NCBI GenBank assembly: GCA_963610855.1
Contig: CAVDPO010000154.1
Location: 8,750 to 34,943, forward strand
Length of the DNA stretch: 26,194 nucleotides
Direction of reading: 5' to 3'
Origin: Segatella copri
Lineage (GTDB): Bacteria; Spirochaetota; Spirochaetia; Sphaerochaetales; Sphaerochaetaceae
Shown: positions 9,128 through 17,105 of the stretch, piece by piece
Layout: every line of letters begins with the position of its first letter
Position numbering within the stretch: position 1 is the stretch's first letter
Notes under the pieces: generated by a model
The model's input: the letters and a program-made list of their open reading frames with translations, nothing else
What the model was told of the DNA's origin: nothing
The model's database searches: none
Made by a program: the position numbers and the translations under genes

Positions 9128-10405
9128 TCAGTTTTGGAACAACTCTCCCTGTTTCTTGGTTGCTGCACTTTGACTGTTGTCAACGAGTTTTTGAACAATT
9201 TTTCTATTATCCAAAAGTGGGCTTATGGCTCTTCCATGATGTAGGCGGCTAATTACTCTAGCGAAAAGCTCGCTAGTATCGGCCTGTATAAACCATTGTT
9301 TGGACAAGAGATCGTCCCCATGGTATACAGCGTTTGTGCCAATTACGTAATCAAAAACGCCCTCTGCATGAGCTTGGTCAAACGTCTCGACTGCATTGCC
9401 ATTGAAGAAAGGAAGGCTCGTGATGCAAATGATTTTCTTTGCGCCCATGTTGCGCAGCGTTTTCATAGCAATAAGCATTGTCCCACCAGAGGCCAACATG
9501 TCATCAGCAATTAGAACTGTCTTGTTTGCAACATCTCCCAAAAGGCTAATATTCTTTATGTTCGTGTTCTTTGCACCCGTTGTGACTATTGAGTAATCTC
9601 TTTCCTTATAAAGCATTGCAAGTGGTCTGTGAAGAACTTGAGCATAAAACTTGTTTCGTGCAACAGCTCCAGTGTCAGGCGATACAACAGTCAAATCAGG
9701 GTCCGATATATCAATAATTTTCTTAAGCTCCACAAGAATTTGGTATGAAGCATGAAGGCTCTCCAAATGTAGAGAGCTAAAGCAATTTTCAATTTCTTTA
9801 CAGTGGATATCAAGTGTAATTATTCTTTCAACTCCAAGGCTCTCGCACATTCTACCAAATACTGCTGCAGAGAGCGCCTCTCTAGAACTCTTTTTGTGCT
9901 GTCTTGCATACGGATACGTTGGAAGTACAAGTGTAACACTTTCTGCTCCCGCCAAATTAACAGCATTAACGAGTGTAAAAAGCATCATTATGTGGTCATT
10001 TATTGAAAAACTTATTGGCTCATCATAGCCAGACATCTTAAGAGGTGTGTTGTTTGTAACGTCATATATAATAAAGAGTCTCATGCCACGGACAGGCTCA
10101 AGGATTTCTGATTTAACTTCTCCGTTTAGAAACCTTGTGTATTTTACTGGAATTTCAAGATTTGGGCACTGATATGAGAGAGGAACCTTTCCTGATGGGA
10201 TTTTTTTACTTCCCAAATCCTCAATGAAACTCACGTCCCTAAGCACTTTTTCCTCTGGGATTTCATACCTCACTGCAAGGTTCTTTGCAAGCTTGTCGTA
10301 ACGCTCAATGTAAAGTCTTCTCAAATGCTTTACAACCTTACCTGAAAGGTACTCTGACCCTAAGCCTGTGATAACACCAAGCTTATTTGGTTTTATGATG
10401 CTCAT
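9128..10405 (-). CDS. prs: Ribose-phosphate pyrophosphokinase (long form)
   Basis: RFLNGEVK, YPYARQHK, TLDIH, VVSPDTGAV and PRPP-binding loop IADDMLASGGT. Start moved to MSIIKP (10405), behind AAGGAG. Confidence 0.92.
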   Translation of the reverse strand: MSIIKPNKLGVITGLGSEYLSGKVVKHLRRLYIERYDKLAKNLAVRYEIPEEKVLRDVSFIEDLGSKKIPSGKVPLSYQCPNLEIPVKYTRFLNGEVKSEILEPVRGMRLFIIYDVTNNTPLKMSGYDEPISFSINDHIMMLFTLVNAVNLAGAESVTLVLPTYPYARQHKKSSREALSAAVFGRMCESLGVERIITLDIHCKEIENCFSSLHLESLHASYQILVELKKIIDISDPDLTVVSPDTGAVARNKFYAQVLHRPLAMLYKERDYSIVTTGAKNTNIKNISLLGDVANKTVLIADDMLASGGTMLIAMKTLRNMGAKKIICITSLPFFNGNAVETFDQAHAEGVFDYVIGTNAVYHGDDLLSKQWFIQADTSELFARVISRLHHGRAISPLLDNRKIVQKLVDNSQSAATKKQGELFQN

Positions 10406-10519
10406 AAAGACTCCTTGAAACAGAAGATAATATACACAAACACTGTTACACTTATCTTCTGTTCCTAAATCCAGACACGACCTTACTCTTTCACTAGAGA
10501 TAGCCGTACTGCTGAACAC

Positions 10520-10549
10520 ATTATATTAACAGAGCGCCAAAAGTATCAA
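10520..10549 (-). promoter_or_regulatory. Putative sigma70 promoter of the prs-aminotransferase-hypothetical-HAD operon
   Basis: TTGATA-18 nt-TATAAT on the - strand, about 115 nt upstream of the prs ATG. Confidence 0.6.
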
Positions 10550-10557
10550 TACAATTT

Positions 10558-11553
10558 CTAAGGCTTGTATGGTTCTGAAGTATTTGCGCTACCAAATGTT
10601 GCACCTCCTGAGCAAGTTATATACCAGTCGTTACATGTATTTGTGTCTGCTGTAACAATGTTGGCGCCTGTTATTTTCCTTGCCATTGAGCGGGTTGCTG
10701 TAGAATAAGAAGAATCAATAGCATGAGCCTTCCAAAAGCCTCCATTTATCACCCACAATGCTCTGTCTCGTGCTTTGGACGTGCCAAAACCGTCCATGCT
10801 TTCGCCAAAATCGGAATAAATTACTGCGTCAAGAATTGTTGCACCGGGAGAGGGCGAGTTTGCAAGTACCAACGTGCCATTGTTATCAGATGGGTTTTTT
10901 TGTGTGACAAAGGCAAAATTGAGCCCGTCTCCTTTCACATTCTCAGCCGGAAAATCCTCTTTCACCCACCAAAGCACAATGTACGTGCCACTACTGACGG
11001 TGATGTCGGGGAAAATGTACTTTGCGTCATAATCGTCAGGCGTGCCGCAATAAAGAGTTACACCTGCAAGAGAACCGCCGGTTAGAGCATATAATTCAGT
11101 TTTGTCGGGATTGCGAGCATCTCGTTTGGTTGTAAACTCATTTATGATGAGATTTGGCACATTAGGATTGTAGCCCCACACACCCACAGAAAACCCCGTC
11201 GAATTGCCATAATAATCTTGAACTCGCCCCTCCAAGATAGCTTCTTGTCCCGCTGGTAGACTTGCATTGAGCGTAACATAGACCGCTTTCCCGTCTGCTC
11301 TAGCTACGAATGTCCCAAAAGAGTTTCCATAAACTCTAACTGGTTCATTGAAGTCTATTCTTACTATTGAACTTGCAACAGAGCTTACTTTTAGTAGCAC
11401 CGGTGGCTCGTTGTCCTTATCCAAGAAAACATTTATAAACGCTAGGCGCTCCTCTGGTTGCGTACAGGCAATAAAAAGCCCTAGTGTTGTTACAATGGCT
11501 ACAAATACAATAGCTACAACAACTAAAAATTTCTTTTTTTGTATCTTTTCCAT
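10558..11553 (-). CDS. Putative lipoprotein with an Ig-like segment and a lamin-tail domain (LTD)
   Basis: Basic N-terminus, hydrophobic core and FIAC lipobox-like Cys; PPVLL..RIDFNEPV Ig-like strands; LTD-like LIINEF..DKTELY..SLAGVTL..YIFP..GTYIVL; GGAGG RBS. Confidence 0.7.
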   Translation of the reverse strand: MEKIQKKKFLVVVAIVFVAIVTTLGLFIACTQPEERLAFINVFLDKDNEPPVLLKVSSVASSIVRIDFNEPVRVYGNSFGTFVARADGKAVYVTLNASLPAGQEAILEGRVQDYYGNSTGFSVGVWGYNPNVPNLIINEFTTKRDARNPDKTELYALTGGSLAGVTLYCGTPDDYDAKYIFPDITVSSGTYIVLWWVKEDFPAENVKGDGLNFAFVTQKNPSDNNGTLVLANSPSPGATILDAVIYSDFGESMDGFGTSKARDRALWVINGGFWKAHAIDSSYSTATRSMARKITGANIVTADTNTCNDWYITCSGGATFGSANTSEPYKP

Positions 11554-11570
11554 TCTTTTAATCCTCCTGT

Positions 11571-11781
11571 ATCCTGAGAGTGTCTTTTAAGCCCCAAGTG
11601 TTTTTTGTTCCTCGTAGGTTGTATTCTTCTCGAGTGCCGTTTACTCCTATGCCAAGGTTTTCAAAAACCTCTTACAAGGTCTTACATAGGATAAGTACAA
11701 AAAAGGTGCACTTTTCATTCACAGGTACTGAGGTTCTTTTAAGAACGGGATTATTTAAGGGGTTTCGCTTGTAAAAGGGAT
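11571..11781. ncRNA. Candidate long rod-shaped structured RNA (6S-like architecture, unverified)
   Basis: Seven or more collinear nested helices found by eye (see findings). The + strand is favoured by extra G-U pairs. No promoter identified. Confidence 0.3.
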
Positions 11782-11823
11782 GGGCTGCCAGGTGGTCAAC
11801 GACCTAGGTACTGGCAGCCCTTT
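11782..11823. terminator. GC-rich hairpin, probable terminator (of the DUF5655 gene and/or a + strand RNA)
   Basis: GGGCTGCCAG (11782-11791) / CTGGCAGCCC (11811-11820), a perfect 10-bp stem with an inner GGTC/GACC helix; short T-runs on both strands. Confidence 0.6.
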
Positions 11824-11852
11824 GGAAAAGAAAAAAAGGTTTTATTGGGGGT

Positions 11853-12245
11853 TTATGCTCTTCTCAGATAACTGAGTTTAGAGTATTCATACGATTGTCT
11901 AATCCAACTCTTGAGTTCTGCGTCAATATTGGCATTGGAATAGATAGATACATGGTAGACATAAGACCCATTAGGAACGGGACGAATTGTCTTTTCAATC
12001 CTTGGATTTGAAATTCGTTTTCTATTTGTAAAAGCCACTGTAAAAAGAGCAGCGGTATCAACATCTTCAGAAGGAAGAGAAATATAAGCAAAGCCAATTG
12101 AAGTTCTAAAAGATATTACAGAATCTTGGACAGCAATTTTTGCATCAGGACAAAACTCGCTTATATATGTCTTGAGATTTTCAAAGACTTCATACGCTTT
12201 TGAATTACCATCAAAAAAAGCTTTTGCTTTATCTTCTCCAGACAT
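11853..12245 (-). CDS. DUF5655-like hypothetical protein
   Basis: 130 aa; ISFR..FAYI, ISNPRIEK, YVYHVSI and IDAELKSWIRQSYE resemble DUF5655/YjbR-like proteins; GAGGAGG RBS. Confidence 0.7.
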   Translation of the reverse strand: MSGEDKAKAFFDGNSKAYEVFENLKTYISEFCPDAKIAVQDSVISFRTSIGFAYISLPSEDVDTAALFTVAFTNRKRISNPRIEKTIRPVPNGSYVYHVSIYSNANIDAELKSWIRQSYEYSKLSYLRRA

Positions 12246-12279
12246 TGGCTTTCCTCCTCTTTTTTTAGTTTACATCTTG

Positions 12280-12309
12280 ATTATAAAAGCTATGGTGAAA
12301 TTTTGTCAA
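12280..12309 (-). promoter_or_regulatory. Consensus sigma70 promoter for the DUF5655 gene
   Basis: Exact TTGACA-18 nt-TATAAT on the - strand. Confidence 0.75.
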
Positions 12310-12559
12310 TTCCTTATATAGCAAAAAGTTACAAGATTTTTTACTTATACATTTTCTATATAACTCCACTAGGGAAAGCACATTAAAATCGGTCTAAAAT
12401 AATTTTACTTCTTAAAGATTTCAATGAGTTTCAATACGTGCGTTTTTCGTGCATCTTTGTCGTCTTGCCAACGTAAAATTTTTTGAAAAATCTTTTCTAT
12501 TGAAAAGTCTTTGCAAAAACCTTTTGCAAAAAAACCTGTACATAGTCCTGAGCTTTTTC

Positions 12560-12587
12560 TTGACTACCCCCCCCTGCCATATAAAAT
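12560..12587 (+). promoter_or_regulatory. Putative sigma70 promoter for the P13-like gene, with a C8 tract in the spacer
   Basis: TTGACT-16 nt (ACCCCCCCCTGCCATA)-TAAAAT. Confidence 0.55.
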
Positions 12588-12710
12588 TGGACACAACGCG
12601 GGCACCAAGACTTAACGCACACCAAGACGTAAGGCATGGCGTAAGGCCAAGTGTCAGAGCGGAAATGTCAACTAGAGGAGTGTGCGCTCGCACGGAGGGG
12701 GAAATAAGTT

Positions 12711-13286
12711 ATGAAAAAAATGCTTCTTTTATTTATCATTATTTCAATGGTAATTCCTAGCGTTTTTGCAGCTAAGTTAAGCTCAAAAGCACAAAGTGAA
12801 ATCCTTGTTTTTACGGATATGGCTACTACAATGGATGCTAACCAAAAAATGCTTTTCTATAACCAGAATAAGAAAGGCATGACAGCTCCACTTTTACTGA
12901 ATATTTTTCTAGGATGCGGTATTGGTTCATATGTTGCTGGGGATACAACAGGGGGAACCATTGGACTTGTAGGAGAACTTGGTTCTGCAGCGCTTTTTTA
13001 TGTTGGATATATAACTGCGGAAAAAGGCATCATTGCTAGAGGTGAGGATGGTAGTGCAACAGAATGGACTGAAGATTTTGATAGAGGAGCTATAATTTCC
13101 TATGCTAGCTTGGCTGCTTTGGCAGCGGTTAGAATATATGAAATAGTTCGCGCTTGTACTTATACATCAGAATATAATAGGCAATTGAGTAATGCTCTGT
13201 ATTCATCACCTATTCAAGTTGGATTTGCTCCTATTCTTGAAAACAATGAGATGAAACTCTCTTTGTCTGCAAAAGTATCATTCTAA
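12711..13286 (+). CDS. Borrelia P13-family (porin-like) membrane protein
   Basis: Signal peptide ending VFA; KMLFYNQNKK..PLLLNIFLGCGIGSYVAGDTTGG resembles the P13 core (PFLLNLFLGFGIGSFxQGD); C-terminal alternating strand ending in Phe; GGAGGGGG RBS. Confidence 0.75.
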   Translation: MKKMLLLFIIISMVIPSVFAAKLSSKAQSEILVFTDMATTMDANQKMLFYNQNKKGMTAPLLLNIFLGCGIGSYVAGDTTGGTIGLVGELGSAALFYVGYITAEKGIIARGEDGSATEWTEDFDRGAIISYASLAALAAVRIYEIVRACTYTSEYNRQLSNALYSSPIQVGFAPILENNEMKLSLSAKVSF

Positions 13287-13324
13287 GAATTCTACGTTCT
13301 AAAAATTCTAAAAACACAAAAAGA

Positions 13325-13423
13325 GGCTGTAACAAAAGTCTGATTTTATTTCTAAAATTCGTGTTACAGCCACTTAAAATGAAGGGAGTGAATTCAAAAC
13401 ATTGAGTTTTGTTACACTCCCTT
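13325..13423. repeat. Two related inverted repeats between the convergent P13-like and fba genes (bidirectional terminator/REP-like)
   Basis: GGCTGTAACA (13325-13334) / TGTTACAGCC (13362-13371) and AAGGGAGTG (13382-13390) / CACTCCCTT (13415-13423); shared TGTAACA(AAA) core. Confidence 0.65.
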
Positions 13424-13457
13424 TGTACTCTATAACTCTATAAAAAACTAAATAGTA

Positions 13458-14450
13458 TTAAGCTTTGCCAGCTGAACCAAGAACATCACGGTTCTTATGT
13501 GCATACATCTCTTTTAGAGCTTCACGAGCAGGCCCAAGATATTTTCTTGGATCGAATACTTCAGGATGCTCATCCAAGACTCTTCTAATTGTTCCTGTCA
13601 TTGCAAGTCTACCATCGCTATCAATGTTAATCTTACAAACAGCACTCTTAGCTGCCTGTCTAAGCTGTTCTTCTGGAATACCAACACTATCTTTGAGTTT
13701 TCCACCATGCTCATTTATCATCTTTACATATTCTTGAGGAACAGAAGAAGAACCATGAAGAACAATTGGAAAACCTGGAAGTTTCTTTTCAATCTCTGCA
13801 AGAATGTCAAAACGAAGTGGAGGTGGAATAAGAATACCATCTGCATTACGAGTGCACTGGTCTGGGGTAAACTTATTTGCACCATGGCTTGTTCCAATAG
13901 AAATAGCAAGAGAATCAACACCAGTTTTTGAAACAAAGTCAATAACTTCAGAAGGCTGAGTATAATGTGACTGAGCAGCGGAAACTTCATCTTCAATTCC
14001 TGCAAGAACACCAAGTTCGCCTTCAACAGTAACATCGAACTTATGTGCATACTCTACAACTTTTTTTGTAAGAGCAACATTCTCATCATAAGGAAGATGT
14101 GAACCATCAATCATGACAGAAGAAAATCCGTTGTCAATACATTCTTTACAAGTCTCAAAGCTATCGCCGTGGTCAAGGTGAAGAACAACTGGAATATCAT
14201 AGCCAAGTTCATGAGCATATTCTGTTGCGCCCCTTGCCATGTTTCTAAGCAAGTTAATATTTGCATAATCTCTTGCGCCTTTTGAAACCTGAAGAATTAC
14301 AGGTGATTTTGTCTCTACGCAAGCCATAATGATAGCCTGAAGCTGCTCCATGTTGTTAAAATTGTATGCAGGAATGGCATACCCGCCCTTGATTGCCTTG
14401 GCGAACATATCACGGGTATTCACCAGCCCTAAATCTTTATAAGATGTCAT
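13458..14450 (-). CDS. fba: Fructose-1,6-bisphosphate aldolase, class II
   Basis: VLHLDHG, SSVMIDGS, VEGELG, IGTSHG, VLHGSS, KINIDSD and FDPRKYL. Confidence 0.97.
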   Translation of the reverse strand: MTSYKDLGLVNTRDMFAKAIKGGYAIPAYNFNNMEQLQAIIMACVETKSPVILQVSKGARDYANINLLRNMARGATEYAHELGYDIPVVLHLDHGDSFETCKECIDNGFSSVMIDGSHLPYDENVALTKKVVEYAHKFDVTVEGELGVLAGIEDEVSAAQSHYTQPSEVIDFVSKTGVDSLAISIGTSHGANKFTPDQCTRNADGILIPPPLRFDILAEIEKKLPGFPIVLHGSSSVPQEYVKMINEHGGKLKDSVGIPEEQLRQAAKSAVCKINIDSDGRLAMTGTIRRVLDEHPEVFDPRKYLGPAREALKEMYAHKNRDVLGSAGKA

Positions 14451-14471
14451 TAGGTAATCTCCTATGTTGCA

Positions 14472-14501
14472 ATATTATCGATTGTAATGCCTAAACGTCA
14501 A
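14472..14501 (-). promoter_or_regulatory. Putative sigma70 promoter of fba
   Basis: TTGACG-18 nt-TAATAT on the - strand, followed by the AGGAG RBS. Confidence 0.45.
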
Positions 14502-14614
14502 CAAAACACAAAATCTTATGCAACAATAGCATAACCACATTGCGTAATATAAAATAGCAAAACGCATGTATACCACATGAAAAGTCACACTTCTTGCGAA
14601 CATTCACACATTGC

Positions 14615-14643
14615 TTGACTTCCTACCCCCAAGGTTCTAAAGT
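14615..14643 (+). promoter_or_regulatory. Putative sigma70 promoter positioned for a leaderless transcript
   Basis: TTGACT-17 nt-TAAAGT, 7 nt before ATG at 14651. Confidence 0.5.
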
Positions 14644-14650
14644 TTTGCTC

Positions 14651-15529
14651 ATGAGCATCAAGGACAAAAAGCGACGAAAACGCCACCCAATATTCAAAAC
14701 CTTACTTGTAATTGCACTCGCATTTGCACTATTCTTGGCTGTTTTCTTCCTATTTGCACCACGCTTTGTCATCATTTCTGACTCAGCTTGGTCTCTTGTC
14801 ATGCCCTACGAGGAATTTGTACGCATGGGCATGAATTTAGCATTCAAATGGCATCGCTTAAAAATAATAGAGGCCGATTCCGCTATCCTCTCGACTGCTC
14901 AAGAACTAGAAACCTTTATTACTGACCTCTCCAAAAACAAAAAAGTTTCGTGTGTGTTGTTTGGCCCAATAGCCTCATCACAAATTACAAAATACAACAT
15001 AGATGCATCTACTATACTAAGGAACTCTGTTGTGTACGGAGTAAATAGTAATCAAAGCGAACTTTTTGATATAACGCTTTGCATAAACCCTCAAAGTGGC
15101 TGGAAAGAAGCCAGCACAGCAGTTGCAAAAGAAAATAATTCAATACCACAAAATGTTGCATTAGTGACCGATACCTCCGGTACCGCATACAAAGAGGCTA
15201 TTGTTTCACAGTTTGCTTCCAATATGATAACAGAGTACATAAACGAAAATGAAAACAGGCTCTTTATTTCAAATACAATAAATGAAATGAACAAACTTAA
15301 TACTGTCCTTGCTTTTTGCCCTCATTTGAAAGATTTTTACATGGTCTTTTCGCAAGATAATACTATTTCATGGGTCGTAGATTATAAGTACTCAACAACA
15401 GTACCAAAGAAACAGTTATACGGTATTGTGTTGCCAAATCTCTCTGGGTTTGCAAAAACAGCAATTTTAGAAAAGCCTCAAACAAAACAAGTTCTACAAT
15501 TAGATTACAAATACAACAAAGGTTTTTGA
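14651..15529 (+). CDS. Hypothetical protein with a basic N-terminus and a single TM anchor
   Basis: MSIKDKKRRKRH followed by a hydrophobic helix and an alpha/beta soluble region. Start moved to ATG 14651. Confidence 0.75.
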   Translation: MSIKDKKRRKRHPIFKTLLVIALAFALFLAVFFLFAPRFVIISDSAWSLVMPYEEFVRMGMNLAFKWHRLKIIEADSAILSTAQELETFITDLSKNKKVSCVLFGPIASSQITKYNIDASTILRNSVVYGVNSNQSELFDITLCINPQSGWKEASTAVAKENNSIPQNVALVTDTSGTAYKEAIVSQFASNMITEYINENENRLFISNTINEMNKLNTVLAFCPHLKDFYMVFSQDNTISWVVDYKYSTTVPKKQLYGIVLPNLSGFAKTAILEKPQTKQVLQLDYKYNKGF

Positions 15530-15539
15530 AAAATAAAAA

Positions 15540-16205
15540 ATGAAAGATGAAAAATACTTTGAAACTATCTTTGAAGAATTTACAAATGCATTGAATACAA
15601 AAGGAAAAACACTTCCAGCTGTTTCACTTGTAGCTGTAGAAAAACAAGACCCTTTTAGCGTGCTTATATCTACCATAATATCGCTTCGTACAAAAGATGA
15701 TGTAACGCTTAAAGCATCACAAAGGCTACTAGAGAAAGCTCCTAATGCAAAAGAAATGCTCAAAATAAGTGAAAAAGAAATAGCAAATCTCATTTACCCT
15801 ACAGGTTTTTATAAAAGAAAAGCCTCTCAAATTAAAAAAGTTTCTCAAATTTTAGTAGAAAAATACAATGGGAAAGTTCCTAACACTGTAGATGAACTTT
15901 TAAGCCTTCCCGGTGTTGGCATAAAAACAGCAAATCTTACTCTTAATCTTGGGTTTGGAATTGACGCAATATGTGTAGATTGCCATGTACACCAAATTTC
16001 AAATAGATTGGGTTGGATACAAACTAAAACACCAGAAGAAAGTGAAAAAGCCCTTATGCCAATAATGCCAAAAAGGTTTTGGATTCCATTAAATGAACTT
16101 CTTGTATCTTATGGCCAAGAAATATGTACTAGCGTAAGCCCAAAATGTTCAATGTGTCCACAAAACAATTTTTGCCCAAAAGTTGGTGTTACAAAGCACC
16201 GTTAG
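15540..16205 (+). CDS. nth: Endonuclease III (HhH-GPD DNA glycosylase with 4Fe-4S cluster)
   Basis: PFSVLISTIISLRTKD, LLSLPGVGIKTAN HhH, VDCHV and C-x6-C-x2-C-x5-C FCL motif. Confidence 0.95.
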   Translation: MKDEKYFETIFEEFTNALNTKGKTLPAVSLVAVEKQDPFSVLISTIISLRTKDDVTLKASQRLLEKAPNAKEMLKISEKEIANLIYPTGFYKRKASQIKKVSQILVEKYNGKVPNTVDELLSLPGVGIKTANLTLNLGFGIDAICVDCHVHQISNRLGWIQTKTPEESEKALMPIMPKRFWIPLNELLVSYGQEICTSVSPKCSMCPQNNFCPKVGVTKHR

Positions 16206-16253
16206 CACTAATAAAAAGAGGAAACAAACTAGAGTTTCTTTGCAAAAACCTCG

Positions 16254-17105
16254 CTATATTAAAACACTCAAGAAACACAAAAAGTTCTCAAGGACTTTTT
16301 CCTTTAACATATCTAAAGAAAGTCCAAGAGTCTCAGAAACACATTCATAAGTATTCACAATGAGAGAAGGATTGTTAATCTTGCCTCTACATGGAACGGG
16401 AGCAAGATAAGGAGAATCGGTTTCAAGAAGTAGACGATTTAGAGGAACCTCTTTTAAGACTTCCCTAAGTTCTCTATTTGACTTATATGTAACGTTTCCT
16501 GCAAAACTAATATAAAACCCACGTTCTAAAGAGGCTTCCATTAGTTTTCTATCTCCACTAAAACAGTGGATAATACCACCTTTAGGAGGAGCCATCTTTT
16601 TTATAATGCTTGTTGTATCATAAGAAGCATCTCTATTATGGATTAAAACAGGAGCACCAAAAGATGAAGCTAATTTCATTTGTTCTTCAAAAAGGAAAAA
16701 CTGTTTTTCTTTAGTGCCATACTTCCAGTAGTAATCAAGGCCTATTTCTCCAACAATTCTTATTTTATACCGCTCTATATTAGTTTTTAGGACATTAAGT
16801 TCCTTTTGAAGAACATCAAAAGATTTTACAACATTACCACTTGCTTCAACTTCTAAAGCCTCCCCATTTGAACCTTCTCTTGCTCCAGCCTCCCAAGGGC
16901 CCATTGCTCCAGAGATTTGTATTAAAGGAAAACCTTTTAGAAGGGAAACTCTTTGCTCTATATCATCACAAGAACAGCCAGCATCTATACCGCCCATAAA
17001 ACCATTTTGAAATAAACTAGAAAATAAGGAGCCTGTATCTATGCCTCTTTCTTCCATGTAATGAGTATGAAAATGAGAATCAATTATATCTTTGTATTCT
17101 GTCAT
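16254..17105 (-). CDS. tatD: TatD-family metal-dependent nuclease
   Basis: [28 protein letters not shown] and [11 protein letters not shown]. Confidence 0.92.
   Translation of the reverse strand: MTEYKDIIDSHFHTHYMEERGIDTGSLFSSLFQNGFMGGIDAGCSCDDIEQRVSLLKGFPLIQISGAMGPWEAGAREGSNGEALEVEASGNVVKSFDVLQKELNVLKTNIERYKIRIVGEIGLDYYWKYGTKEKQFFLFEEQMKLASSFGAPVLIHNRDASYDTTSIIKKMAPPKGGIIHCFSGDRKLMEASLERGFYISFAGNVTYKSNRELREVLKEVPLNRLLLETDSPYLAPVPCRGKINNPSLIVNTYECVSETLGLSLDMLKEKVLENFLCFLSVLI

Noticed and set aside
10406..10519. 38-aa N-terminal extension of Prs in the ORF track
   Set aside because: A strong AAGGAG precedes ATG 10405, and the extension coincides with the promoter-proximal leader hairpins.
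11580..11774. 64-aa + strand ORF in the LTD-DUF5655 gap
   Set aside because: GTG start with no clear RBS and no recognisable motif; the region is better explained as structured non-coding sequence.
12595..12647. Short direct repeats as a mini CRISPR array
   Set aside because: Repeats are only 8-9 nt, there are no spacer-length intervals and no cas genes in the window.
12421..12760. 90-aa and 103-aa ORFs upstream of the P13-like gene
   Set aside because: They span promoter and repeat sequence, one overlaps the P13-like start, and neither has protein-like features.
15540..17105. nth and tatD as a defence or nuclease module
   Set aside because: Both are ordinary housekeeping genes in convergent, separate transcription units, with no defence-associated partners.
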